This document shows positions 1-9,432 of a DNA stretch of 64,000 nt, piece after piece. The DNA is from Desulfatiglandales bacterium. GTDB taxonomy: Bacteria > Desulfobacterota > DSM-4660 > Desulfatiglandales > HGW-15. Position 1 is the first letter of the stretch. Every line of letters starts with the position of its first letter. The stretch lies in NCBI GenBank assembly GCA_963667015.2, contig CAXXJJ010000001.1, forward strand, positions 512,001 through 576,000, read 5' to 3'. The position numbers and the translations under genes are program-made. A model generated the notes under the pieces. That model saw only the letters and a program-made list of their open reading frames with translations. It ran no database searches and was not told the origin of the DNA.

Positions 1-865
1 CGTTCAGTTTAAAGCTTATTTCCCTGTTCAACTCTTCCAGAGTAAAAAACTTTTCATTACGAAGAGCTGCGATAATCCATGCTGATACCACCTTTACAGA
101 GCCTTCAGCATTCGGTTTATCTTTGGGCTTTTTAACCCGTGCGGGAATTACTGCAGTATCATAGTGTTCGGCCATTTCACGGTAGGTTTTGTTTATTACC
201 GGAGTATACCAGTCGCTCCGTTCAACCCCTGCTTTAAGATTGTCGGGAACAAGCATACGTGTTGTCCCTCCAAAGAAGTTATACATGTTAACATGGGCAG
301 TTATCCAGCTTTCCATATCCTGTTTGAAGAAGGCTTCTACATAAGTGTACAGGCTATAGGAAAGAACTCCTACAAAGATATATGCAGGGATAATCTCCCC
401 TGTATCTCTGTCGATAACAGAGGCTGTATCTCCTGCCCAGTCAACTTCTGTAAGATCCCCCGGTTTTCTAGGGATATGCATGGTAGCACGCTTTTTTTCA
501 GAATACTTCTGATAATGAAAACAGAACTGAGAGTACATGAGGGGTAGCTCATTGCTCTGTCTACATTCCTCACAGTACTCATTCCACAGAAGCTTTAGGG
601 TTACTCCGTTCCGCATCATTTCCCTGGCTAAGTAATCATAATCAGGGTGTTTACGTGATGGTTCTCTGGAGGTTTCTTCCCGGAATAGTTGCTTCTTCAG
701 TTCAACATCTGTGGTCTCAGCTTTTAAAGGCCATTCAATTTGTAGTTCCTTTGCTCGATTAAGCACTTTACGTACTGTCTTTCTTGAGCATCCACAGCCT
801 TTGGCTGTACTGCTTTGGTTGATCCCAAGACTATTTAGTCTAAGGATCTCTCGATATTTGGTCAT
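1..865 (-). CDS. istA: IS21 transposase IstA, N-terminal part (partial, absent from ORF track)
   Basis: Hand translation from ATG 865: MTKYREILRLNSLGINQSSTAKGCGCSRKTVRKVL...GVTLKLLWNEYCEEC...MYSQFC; GGAGG RBS upstream. Confidence 0.9.
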   Translation of the reverse strand, partial: MTKYREILRLNSLGINQSSTAKGCGCSRKTVRKVLNRAKELQIEWPLKAETTDVELKKQLFREETSREPSRKHPDYDYLAREMMRNGVTLKLLWNEYCEECRQSNELPLMYSQFCFHYQKYSEKKRATMHIPRKPGDLTEVDWAGDTASVIDRDTGEIIPAYIFVGVLSYSLYTYVEAFFKQDMESWITAHVNMYNFFGGTTRMLVPDNLKAGVERSDWYTPVINKTYREMAEHYDTAVIPARVKKPKDKPNAEGSVKVVSAWIIAALRNEKFFTLEELNREISFKLN

Positions 866-1029
866 TTAGGTGACCTCCTCTATAATGAATTTACATCAAA
901 TCTTGATGCATTTACTCATTATAGAGACTCATAATTGGATGGGAACTACCCCGGATTGGTTGGGACTTTTTACCGGATCGATTGGGGCCAATGGCCGGAC
1001 TCATGGGGAAATCAGACCCGGAATATCCA
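1..1029 (-). mobile_element. IS21-family element (left part; runs off window), inserted inside an attC site
   Basis: Minus-strand end begins TGGATATTCCGG with internal repeats; the sequence after 1029 is identical to the inner part of the attC at 11261-11348. Confidence 0.85.
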
Positions 1030-1076
1030 AAAATTGAAAGAAGCCCCTCGTGGTCTTGTGAAGCGACAGGTTAAAA
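1030..1076 (-). other. attC half-site truncated by IS21
   Basis: Ends GTTAAAA (1070-1076); identical to the right part of attC 11261-11348. Confidence 0.8.
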
Positions 1077-1305
1077 GCCGATTTTGCCCGCTATTTACCG
1101 ACCTTGTATTTTTGATAACCAGTTATTATTACAACAATATTTTGATTCTTATTTTCTATTTTCAACTTTTGGCAAGATTGCCAATTTTTGTAAATAGACA
1201 TCAATTCAGCCCGGAATTTTATTTTAATACTGCCATTTGGTAAATATGCTACCACGAGCATTTTTACCAAATACCATTTTTCACCCATCCCTTTTCAGCT
1301 TTTAA
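1070..1305 (-). repeat. Gene-less cassette family A, copy 1
   Basis: Near-identical to 11342-11587 and 13031-13275; no ORF conserved across copies. Confidence 0.8.
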
Positions 1306-1360
1306 CGCCGCTCTTCAGCTGGCGCGGTTTTTTGCGATCCGCTGAAAGAGCATGTTAAGT
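1300..1360 (-). other. attC site (61 bp)
   Basis: TTTTAAC...GCTCTTCAGC/GCTGAAAGAGC...GTTAAGT. Confidence 0.85.
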
Positions 1361-1390
1361 TTTGATTTCAGGCAGTTCGTATTTTAGCGA

Positions 1391-1924
1391 CTAAATAATT
1401 TTATGTATTTTGTATAGTTGCCCCTGTATCCTATCACACATATCGGTTGTGGATGCCAACTCTGTCTCATCCACTTGATCAAGCATTTTCTCTCCTTCAA
1501 AATATTCAATCCAAACAGAAAAGTCGCTCGCATCGACATATATTTTACCATGAGCAAAACGATTACGAAGAGCGATAAGTTTGTGTAGCTCCTGCTTTAA
1601 TGTTTTCATTTCTGCTTTATCAAGGTCAATTTCGGAACAATAAATATCAAGCAATTGGCGCAAAATTTTCCATTTCTGAAAAAAAGTACAGAATTCGGCA
1701 TCAAATACAAGATTTCTTAAAATTGTACGACGTTGCAATGCGGGATAAGAGAAAAAATCTAGTAGTACATTCGTGAGAAAATTTTCTACGAATAAAGCGG
1801 CCTCGATTATTTCGCCGCGATAGTTTTTGAATTGGTCGTAAGTCGATTTCGCTTCATCCCAAAAAGAATTATCCTTCCTTTGTTCAGGTGTCTCATTTCT
1901 TACTTGAAATGTTGGCCATTCCAT
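1391..1924 (-). CDS. Cassette protein with HEPN-like motif (177 aa)
   Basis: Start at MEWPT with GGAG RBS inside the cassette; VENFL segment plus LRNRFAHG (RNxxxH). Confidence 0.65.
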   Translation of the reverse strand: MEWPTFQVRNETPEQRKDNSFWDEAKSTYDQFKNYRGEIIEAALFVENFLTNVLLDFFSYPALQRRTILRNLVFDAEFCTFFQKWKILRQLLDIYCSEIDLDKAEMKTLKQELHKLIALRNRFAHGKIYVDASDFSVWIEYFEGEKMLDQVDETELASTTDMCDRIQGQLYKIHKII

Positions 1925-1938
1925 ATTTTTGTCTCCAA

Positions 1939-1965
1939 ACTTAACGCCTGCGATAAGGGGTTCGC
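1939..1965 (-). other. attC first half (split by IS1111)
   Basis: ACTTAACGCCTGCGATAAGGGGTTCGC joins 5268-5370 to rebuild a 130-bp attC similar to 13270-13399. Confidence 0.85.
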
Positions 1966-1976
1966 CTATGAGAAAG

Positions 1977-2355
1977 TAAGTCAAGAAAAAATACTTCACC
2001 ATTAACAGGGAAATCTGTTTTTCTTGCTTACGGTCTCCTTGTTTTCGCCTACCTGCATTGCTTATCGAAGCCTTTAATCATTTTCTATTTTTTACAGGAT
2101 CTTTCTTTATCTATTATAATCCAAAGGATGTATCATTATTCCTTACGCGCCTATTTGAGCTCTCTATCAGTGATCTTATACTCACATGATCATGAACGGG
2201 CTATTATAAATTTCAGGAATAAGTGGGGGGCTAATCGCGGGATAACTATCATATGTTTTACTAAATGTGTTAAAACCCCTTCTGAGCTCTCTCCCACAAC
2301 CTACAAGACTGTTTATAGAAAAATGTATCTCATAAACAATGATCGTAGGCTTGAT
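1977..2355 (-). ncRNA. Putative seekRNA/bridge RNA region of the IS1111 element
   Basis: Non-coding region downstream of tnp with hairpins and segments matching the target (2235-2245, 2274-2281) and the donor junction (2148-2154); exact RNA ends unknown. Confidence 0.65.
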
Positions 2356-2360
2356 TATTA

Positions 2361-4154
2361 CCTGAATTTTGCACACAATTGATCACTCCAAGAATAAAAA
2401 AATAAATTTCTATCTTAGCTTATTGAGAGTTGAACTAAGCGCGTTTGATATTTCGCCTGTTATTCAACTCGTCACAACATTTAATTTCAATCATTTTTCA
2501 TTTTTTCTTAATATTTTTTCAGCATGGTATTTCTCATGCAAGAAATTTTATGCACGCATATTGTTTAATGAAAAACGACAATTCCAGGGGCTACCTTCAA
2601 CCCATGGTTTTATTTTCTCTCTCGCTCTATCAAGGTAACACATAAAATGCATTAGCCCTGGTGTTCGCATATCGTGGATAGAATACTTTACTTTATCCTT
2701 CGAATGATAAACTACTTTTGCGGCTATTAATAAAAGCCTTAATCTAGCAATTCGAACCTGATTGTTTGCAAGTCCACTTAAAGAAGGATAGGGAGTTGCA
2801 TTCCTATCATCTGAAGATGTAACTTCCTGGTTACTCAGTTGGGCCATCATTTTATAGTAGCGCCAGATATTATAGGCCAGCATTACAATCTGAAAATAGG
2901 CATAGTTATTTTTAAATTTAGCTGAAGGAATTGCTTCAAGCCCTTCTCTTTTTGCTTCTCCAACCAGGTTCTCTACATCAGCTCTTTTATCATACTCTGC
3001 TATTACTTTATGGGCTTTCTTTGTAAGGCTTGTGCAGAAAATCCGATATGTGTATCTATCATCCTCGAACAATTCGTATTGTACAGGTTCATCAGGAGAA
3101 CTATTTTGATCTTTAGGAAACCTCATTGCAACAAACCTGCATGGACACTCCCAGCCTATGGGCTGGTATACACAACTGCTATATTCAACCAGTTGCTTTT
3201 TATTAGGTTTGTACCATGCTTTTGGATCAAAAGGCGGATTGGCCCCTTTATTGGCAATAATGTAATCAAAGAAAACTTCAATGCATGCTTCAACGCTTTC
3301 CCATCCGAAAAACTCTCCGTCTCCACGAAAGAGAACTTCTTCAACACAGCCCGGTAAATGCTCTTTGATTTTTTTTATAAACTTACCTACTTCCACACTG
3401 CTCATTGTTTCACCTTTTCGGAGTTTGCCAATAAGATATTCTCTTGTCTCATCGATAAAACATAGTACAGGTCGATAGCCCTTTTTCCCTCTATTTTTTG
3501 TGTTATGGCCTTTCCTGCTTCCTTGTTGATTTCCATATACCGTTTCAACTGTCGTGTCTGTGCTTATATGTATCTGCTTATATTTAAGGCCGCATAACAA
3601 CCAAACACGTTCCCTTAACACCCTCATGATACTTAACAGCGCATTGGCTTGATTTATACCCAGACTGTTCACATAACGCCAGAAGGTACTTGCCACCGGT
3701 AATGCCTCAACCTGAAAATATCCGCATACCATTGCATCAAGTCGAATATACGTAAAATGCCATAATCTGTTGAACCCTATAAAGAGTAGCGTTAATACCC
3801 CCACTACCATATGATAATTGCCCAGCTTGGTTTTCCGGTCTGGCGCAATATATTTATTTTTGAATATCTCTTCAAACTCAATCAGATCAAAAAACTTGAT
3901 TAGCCCAAGAAGCCCTCCAAATGCACTTAACTGCTCGGTGCATGTTTCATAAACCGTGGAAGCATTGATTTTTCTAGCTCTCCCGCCCTCAGATCCAGAA
4001 CCTTTACCTACAACCTTTTCCGTGCTATTGTCTTTTTGTTTCTTTACCATCTGGGTTTCCTCCTGTTATTTATTTTGGTTCCTCAAAACCCTTTAATAAC
4101 AGGTTACCCAGATGGTTTTTCAAGCTTTTTTTATTTAATCATGCAAAATTCAGG
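2361..4154 (-). mobile_element. IS1380-family element
   Basis: 13-bp perfect TIR CCTGAATTTTGCA; 5-bp target duplication TATTA (2356-2360, 4155-4159). Confidence 0.92.
2548..4050 (-). CDS. IS1380-family DDE transposase
   Basis: LSAFGGL, DTTV, GYRP, RGDGEF and YDKRADVEN..EAK motifs. Confidence 0.9.
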   Translation of the reverse strand: MVKKQKDNSTEKVVGKGSGSEGGRARKINASTVYETCTEQLSAFGGLLGLIKFFDLIEFEEIFKNKYIAPDRKTKLGNYHMVVGVLTLLFIGFNRLWHFTYIRLDAMVCGYFQVEALPVASTFWRYVNSLGINQANALLSIMRVLRERVWLLCGLKYKQIHISTDTTVETVYGNQQGSRKGHNTKNRGKKGYRPVLCFIDETREYLIGKLRKGETMSSVEVGKFIKKIKEHLPGCVEEVLFRGDGEFFGWESVEACIEVFFDYIIANKGANPPFDPKAWYKPNKKQLVEYSSCVYQPIGWECPCRFVAMRFPKDQNSSPDEPVQYELFEDDRYTYRIFCTSLTKKAHKVIAEYDKRADVENLVGEAKREGLEAIPSAKFKNNYAYFQIVMLAYNIWRYYKMMAQLSNQEVTSSDDRNATPYPSLSGLANNQVRIARLRLLLIAAKVVYHSKDKVKYSIHDMRTPGLMHFMCYLDRAREKIKPWVEGSPWNCRFSLNNMRA

Positions 4155-4156
4155 TA

Positions 4157-5170
4157 TTAATTCGTATCCTTTTGCCTTTCTCTCCTGTAAGGTTGATATT
4201 TCTTGCCGCTTTTAAATACTCCTAAACTCAATGTAGCCAGTCTGCGACATGTTTTATGTCTTGCATTATATTCAGGGTATCCTTTTTCTTTAATCAGATA
4301 CTCATAATAGTCATTTATTGGATTATTCCCGCCTATCGCTGCTATTACTGCTGATTTATAAACACCTTTTAATAGGCGGCAATACCGGGGACTTCTTTTA
4401 CCATAGCTCCTCCCACCACTCATCTTTTCATGCTTTATTAATCCACAATAGCTATGGAAATGTCCCTGACTTGCAAATCTGTATGGTGTCACTACTCTGG
4501 ATACTATCTTTACTGCATTTATTAACCCTATACCAGGGAGGCTTTTTTGATTTCTTATTTCAGGGTATTTTTTTGCCAGTTTAGAAAACTCCATTTCATA
4601 ACCCATTTTTTCTTCTTCACAGTGCAGTATTTGTCTGCTTAGACATTCCAATACATATTGATCTGTATTGGAGTTAAGATTTATATCTCCTTTCTCCTTA
4701 CTTCTCTTTCCACATGCTCTCAGAAGGGCAGAGCGCTGGTTCTTTAATCTTACTACTGCTTTTACTAGATCCTCATAACCGCTTACCAAGCGTCTGAGAT
4801 ATAATAAATTATCTGTTGAGTGATAAACTTCTTTTAGAAGTCCAGATTTTAAAAGCTGTACTAGCTTACTTGCATCGATCTTATCAGTCTTCGGACCTTC
4901 ACTCAGCAATCTATTTCTATAGGGATCACATATAATTATTCGATCAACATAATCATGTAACTCGGCGTAAAGCCATTGTGAGGTAGTTGTTTCTTCAACT
5001 ACCAGAACTTTTGATCCTTTCAGATTTTTCAAGTATACTTGTAAATCTTTTATATCAGAAGGTACATCTCTTGCTGTTATTTTGCTCGATTTCTTTGTCA
5101 TCCTGGCAATTGCCATATTAATCTGTGACCAATCAATTGCTATATAGTGATCATAAATGGTATCATCCAT
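4157..5170 (-). CDS. IS110-family (IS1111) DEDD transposase/recombinase
   Basis: IAIDWS, VEET, KTDKIDA, SLPGIG and SGG motifs; AAGGAG RBS before ATG 5170. Confidence 0.92.
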   Translation of the reverse strand: MDDTIYDHYIAIDWSQINMAIARMTKKSSKITARDVPSDIKDLQVYLKNLKGSKVLVVEETTTSQWLYAELHDYVDRIIICDPYRNRLLSEGPKTDKIDASKLVQLLKSGLLKEVYHSTDNLLYLRRLVSGYEDLVKAVVRLKNQRSALLRACGKRSKEKGDINLNSNTDQYVLECLSRQILHCEEEKMGYEMEFSKLAKKYPEIRNQKSLPGIGLINAVKIVSRVVTPYRFASQGHFHSYCGLIKHEKMSGGRSYGKRSPRYCRLLKGVYKSAVIAAIGGNNPINDYYEYLIKEKGYPEYNARHKTCRRLATLSLGVFKSGKKYQPYRRERQKDTN

Positions 5171-5267
5171 CTCGGTCTCCTTTCTGTGTTTAAGTTTATT
5201 GACATGATTCACTTATAACACAGTTGAGGTTATTCCTTAAAGGAGACCATCTTTCTCATTTTATCGC

Positions 5268-5370
5268 GGGTTAATAGTACCAATGATCGATTAAGTATGA
5301 AGACCATTGAAACTGATGAATTCCAATCGGTAAGAAAAACCAGCAAATCACGTTGATTGCATTGTTAACT
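5268..5370 (-). other. attC second half
   Basis: Ends GTTAACT, complementary to AGTTAAC (7030-7036); similar to attC 13270-13399. Confidence 0.85.
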
Positions 5371-5777
5371 GCGTTTGTATTAATCATGCGCTAAAAACGA
5401 AGCTGGAATTTCTACTATATGAGTTTTACCGTTACTGTCTTTAACCAATTTAGCGCCAAAGCTATAGTACCATATGTCATTTCTAAACATTATTTTTATT
5501 ATATTTCCTTTTCTTTGTAAGAATAATATATATAATTTGTTTTTATCTTCTACTGCACGATCAGATATCCAATCATACCTGTGCCCAATTTTAAAAACTT
5601 TTATCGTATCCTGGCTGCATTCTTTGATAATGCCCTGATCAAATAGATACATATGTTTTATTTTACCATACCATGTACCTTTACGTGTTGGAATGCGATC
5701 CTTCCACTCTTGTTCAATAATAATTAAGTCATGGTTTATGCCTGAATAGGTATTTTCACTATTGATAATAGTTTCTA

Positions 5778-6887
5778 TACGCAGCGACATAATTAATTGC
5801 GCAAATTAAACAAGTATGTTATGATGCTTTCATGAAAGCATCCAAAATAACAGACACAGAAAATATTATTTTCATCCTCCAAGATGAAATACGCCGGACA
5901 GATGAGGCGCGCTACGATCATAGGCTTCATGCCATACTTCTTGTAGCTCAAGGTATGAGCAGCAGACAAGCCGCACAGTATCTTGGTGATTCTCCAAGGA
6001 CTGTAGCATACTGGGTTCAAAGATTCGAAGCTGAAGGTCTTTCAGGGCTTGCTGATGCAGATAGACCCGGAAGAACTAAAAAGCTGAATCAGGTGCAGAT
6101 GAATAAAATAGAGATTGCTTTACGTAATTCACCTATTGATTACGGATTATCAGGCAATCTATGGGACGGCAAAACATTATCTGCCCACATCCAAAAAGAA
6201 TTTGGAGTCCAGTTAGGTGTACGTCAATGTCAGCGCATGTTCAGGCAATTAGGTTTTCGGCTAAGGAAACCACGTTCAAAAATCGCTAATGCTGACGCCT
6301 CTCGAAAAGAGGACTTTAAAAAAAATTCTAAAACTTATGAAGGATGATAAATACGACATTTGGGCAATTGATGAAGTTCACTTCCAACAATATGGTTCAT
6401 GCTGCCGTATGTGGATACCTCCAGAAGTCAAAGAACCTATCCTATTGCATCATCCTACACGTGCCAGCGTTGGTTACTATGGAGCAGTAAGACTTCGTGA
6501 TGGTAAGTTTGCATATAAGCCTGAATGGGATAAATTTAATGGTGAAACATTTTTTTCCTTTCTTAAGTATTTAAGAAGGATCAGTTCCCATTCAGGTCGA
6601 AAAGTGATTATTATTAGTGACAATGCCAGATATCATCATGCCAAACTGCATAAAAACTGGCGTGATCAATGTTCAAAACAATTTGAATTAATGTATTTGC
6701 CTCCATATAGTCCGGAGTTAAACCCTATTGAACGTGTCTGGAAACTTACAAGAAGGATGGCCGTACATAACAGTTATTTTCCTTCTTTACAAAGTGTAGC
6801 TGATGCTATTGAATCATTGTTTGATACTTGGTCTTGTGGCAACAATACATTATTAAAGTTATGCGCATTTATTTAAGTCGCACAGTA
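5778..6887 (+). mobile_element. IS630-family element
   Basis: Imperfect TIRs TACGCAGCGACATAATTAATTGCGCA / TACTGTGCGACTTAAATAAATGCGCA; TA duplication. Confidence 0.9.
5832..6876 (+). CDS. IS630 transposase in two ORFs (HTH 5832-6347, DDE ~6318-6876), probable -1 frameshift
   Basis: DEVHF, DNARYH and LPPYSPELNPIE motifs; A8 run at 6318-6325 in the overlap. Confidence 0.9.
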
Positions 6888-7029
6888 TAATAAATGAATA
6901 TATGATTCAATATCTTTTGAAAAGACTTCATAACTCTGTGCCAAAGTGGAATTAGATATTAAGAATAATAACGATAATGAATAAAAAAACACCTTCATAT
7001 TTATCTCCTATACCTATTTTAATTTGAGC

Positions 7030-7096
7030 AGTTAACGGTGCTGATTACCGGCCTGGCAAGCGTTTCAGCCAGGTCCGGTAGATTAGCGGGTTATAT
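7030..7096 (-). other. attC site (67 bp)
   Basis: AGTTAAC...GTTATAT; similar to 10721-10786. Confidence 0.85.
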
Positions 7097-7129
7097 TACT
7101 ATTTATTAATTTCCTTTTGATGTTACCAC

Positions 7130-7537
7130 TTAAAATATTTCGACAAGTTCAAAGCATTCACAAACTAATTCCATTTGGAGCTCAAACCCACCATTTCTTT
7201 CAAAGTAGTTTTTATGGTCTTCTTGCCATCCACTTAATGTCTCATTTTCTCCTTCTAATAAAGCAAACTCCTCAGTCACATCACAGAACCTAATAATTTC
7301 GACAGATTTCGTTCTTATTGCAAGAGCTGGCGTACCATCCCAATTCAATACTATATCCACCCTCCCTATAGTTGGCATAGCTTCATTTCCGCTTTCGATA
7401 TCTCGAAGTGCGCCACATGTTGCAGTTTTATTCCCTATACGTACTAACTCTATCAACTCAGTACATAATTTATCATTATCACCAAATTTGAACTTTTCAC
7501 TATGGGGATATTTATCTTCTATGTATTGACTACTCAT
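7130..7537 (-). CDS. ASCH domain protein (cassette)
   Basis: GNKTATC, FALLEGE and W...H..YF motifs. Confidence 0.88.
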   Translation of the reverse strand: MSSQYIEDKYPHSEKFKFGDNDKLCTELIELVRIGNKTATCGALRDIESGNEAMPTIGRVDIVLNWDGTPALAIRTKSVEIIRFCDVTEEFALLEGENETLSGWQEDHKNYFERNGGFELQMELVCECFELVEIF

Positions 7538-7555
7538 CTTCCTATTTCTATTCAA

Positions 7556-7688
7556 ATATAACGACGTGCATTACAAGCCGGGCGGCGCAAACCTACTTAC
7601 CATTTAAAACCTAAAAAAATGATACTTGTAAGATGATACATAAAAAGCAAAGAAAATAGCCCGGTCTTAGTAAATGCATTTGTTCTGT
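7556..7688 (-). other. attC site (133 bp)
   Basis: ATATAAC...GTTCTGT with paired arms. Confidence 0.85.
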
Positions 7689-7690
7689 GA

Positions 7691-8148
7691 TCAAAGGTCA
7701 TATTCAAACTCAAGACTTGTGCTTTGATCAACATTAAACAGGTTTTTTATAAAACTTTTTATGGTATTTGAAATTTCATTTGCATTTCCATTAATGTCTA
7801 TATCTAAAAACCTTGAACCATCTGAACCTTTATTTTCGATAACTTTTAAATTCAATTTTTTGGAGACATTATTAAAAGCTGCTTCATGTTGTTTTTGTTC
7901 CTCAGTAATTAAAGGGAAATTTAATTGGACACCTTTTGTATCACCTGTAAATTGAATGAAGTCATAAGTGCCTTGAATTTTAATTATGAGAAAAGAATAT
8001 TCATTGGTACTTTGCATTAAATTTCTAATGTGATTTTCAGTATCATTAATGCCACCGATAGCATTTTTTGTATTTTTTGATTTGCTAGAAAAAATATAAA
8101 TAACAACTGCTATTAGAATAATTAAAATATGATTATAGTTGTTTTCAT
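7691..8148 (-). pseudogene. Membrane-anchored hypothetical cassette protein with a 1-nt frameshift near the N-terminus
   Basis: ATG 8148 gives MKTTIIIF*; adding one T in the T run restores a hydrophobic anchor in frame with MQSTNEY... Confidence 0.65.
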
Positions 8149-8157
8149 TTTCTTTAC

Positions 8158-8289
8158 CCAGAACGTGCCCGATAACCTGCCGGGCGGTTTAATATTACAA
8201 ATATTTGCCAACCCCAATTGTTACTATGTTGCACTCAACCCCGATCTGGCAAGAGAGTAGCCCGGTCTTAGTAGATACCATTGTTATGT
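8158..8289 (-). other. attC site (132 bp)
   Basis: CCAGAAC...GTTATGT. Confidence 0.85.
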
Positions 8290-8295
8290 GATGCT

Positions 8296-8395
8296 TGGTG
8301 CCTGCTGTAGGAATCGAACCTACAATCTCCCCTTCACAAACCAACTAAAATAATTGGCTTGTGGAGGGGACGCTTTAACCATTAAGCTAGCAAGC
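8296..8395 (-). ncRNA. tRNA-like RNA with extended anticodon hairpin and encoded CCA
   Basis: GCTTGCT/AGCAGGC acceptor stem + A-CCA; D arm GCTT-AATGGTTA-AAGC; T arm GTAGG-TTCGATT-CCTAC; anticodon stem TCCCC/GGGGA encloses 33 nt forming a 12-bp hairpin. Confidence 0.8.
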
Positions 8396-9218
8396 ATTTC
8401 AATTCTAAAATTACCTCCTCCATGTCTTTACTGCTAAATCTACCAAATGAACTAATGGCAAAGCTCTTTAAAGCGTTTTCATATCTAGGGATGTTGTTTT
8501 TAAGTTTTTTTAGGCCTTTATATGTTGCCTTATTGTTTTCTTTTGACAAGTTAAATAATATTTCGGCAATTCTTTTATTACTTGGCTTTGCGTTTTGACA
8601 AAGGATATAGGCAATGTGTTTAACAATGTTCGTTAATAGTAAGAAGTCATTAAAGTCAATATTTTCAAGTGAGTTTGGAAAACAATCAAGATGCATGTCA
8701 TTTAAAAATCTATTTTCGTTTTTCTCTATTTTTTTGTATCGTATTTTTAATTCTTTAATGTCCCTATCTGTGTGAGCCATGTAGTTTCTTATTAACCGAT
8801 AATACTCATACATTTCTATTATATCAGAATCGAAAGTTGTGTTTGTATTTCGAGCCATATACTGCAACTTGGTTTCACCTTTTTCTATATCCCCCCATTC
8901 GGTATCACATACGTATTGTTTGCACTCTTCTTTAAAGTCTTTCAAAAATTGTTCGGATTGTTGAAAAACAGAAGCAACATAATAGTGTCTTATTCTTGAC
9001 CCAAATTTTACAAAATTGACTTCATCTACTTTTATTTTATGTTTCGCTGATAGTTCTTGAATGTACTTCCCTACTTCTTCACCTTGGGATTTTTCGATAA
9101 ATTCTCGAATCGCAATCTCATTGCATTCTACTACAGCATCAAATTCACCAAGGTTTTTTTTTAGTTTTCCATACGAAGAATATGAAAACTTCGTTATATC
9201 TAAATGTCTGTCTGACAT
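8382..9218 (-). CDS. HEPN-motif putative ribonuclease (278 aa, cassette)
   Basis: Start MSDRH lies inside the cassette core; SVFQQSEQFL plus YRLIRNYMAH (RNxxxH). Confidence 0.7.
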   Translation of the reverse strand: MSDRHLDITKFSYSSYGKLKKNLGEFDAVVECNEIAIREFIEKSQGEEVGKYIQELSAKHKIKVDEVNFVKFGSRIRHYYVASVFQQSEQFLKDFKEECKQYVCDTEWGDIEKGETKLQYMARNTNTTFDSDIIEMYEYYRLIRNYMAHTDRDIKELKIRYKKIEKNENRFLNDMHLDCFPNSLENIDFNDFLLLTNIVKHIAYILCQNAKPSNKRIAEILFNLSKENNKATYKGLKKLKNNIPRYENALKSFAISSFGRFSSKDMEEVILELKCLLA

Positions 9219-9231
9219 ATTTGATTTTCTC

Positions 9232-9364
9232 ACATAACGCCAGGTATTACAAGCCGGGCGGTGCAAACCAACTCACCTCGTTAATGCCTTTAAGGATGGT
9301 AGCTGGTAGAGAATTAAAAAATGCGTAAAAAATAGCCCGGTCTTAGTAGATACCCTTGTTGGCT
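9232..9364 (-). other. attC site (133 bp)
   Basis: ACATAAC...GTTGGCT. Confidence 0.85.
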
Positions 9365-9432
9365 GCCGCCAACCCGTTTAGTTTGTTTTTTGCTGCTTAC
9401 TTTCAATGAACGTCTTTAAATTAAAGACTTCC

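Larger units (their letters stand above)
1966..5264 (-). mobile_element. IS1111-group (IS110 family) attC-targeting element with nested IS1380
   Basis: Sub-terminal inverted repeats ATGAGAAAG (1968-1976) and CTTTCTCAT (5251-5259); core CGC at 1963-1965 and 5265-5267; removing the element restores attC. Confidence 0.9.
5380..6998 (-). pseudogene. Secreted hypothetical cassette protein (168 aa) interrupted by IS630
   Basis: MKVFFYSLSLLFLISNSTLA...HLL (6998-6888) joins in frame to ETIINSEN... (5775-5380) once the IS is removed. Confidence 0.85.

Noticed and set aside
1925..2002. Extended N-termini of ORFs 1391-2002, 8382-9266 and 10355-10762
   Set aside because: The extensions run through attC or IS sequence; starts inside the cassettes are more plausible.
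5380..5790. Stand-alone 136-aa gene
   Set aside because: Its ATG lies in the IS630 end; it is the 3' part of an interrupted gene.
8296..8395. Functional tRNA-His(GTG) or intron-containing tRNA-Val(CAC)
   Set aside because: No 7-nt anticodon loop, a missing connector base, no bulge-helix-bulge, and the insert is too short for a self-splicing intron; kept as a tRNA-like RNA.
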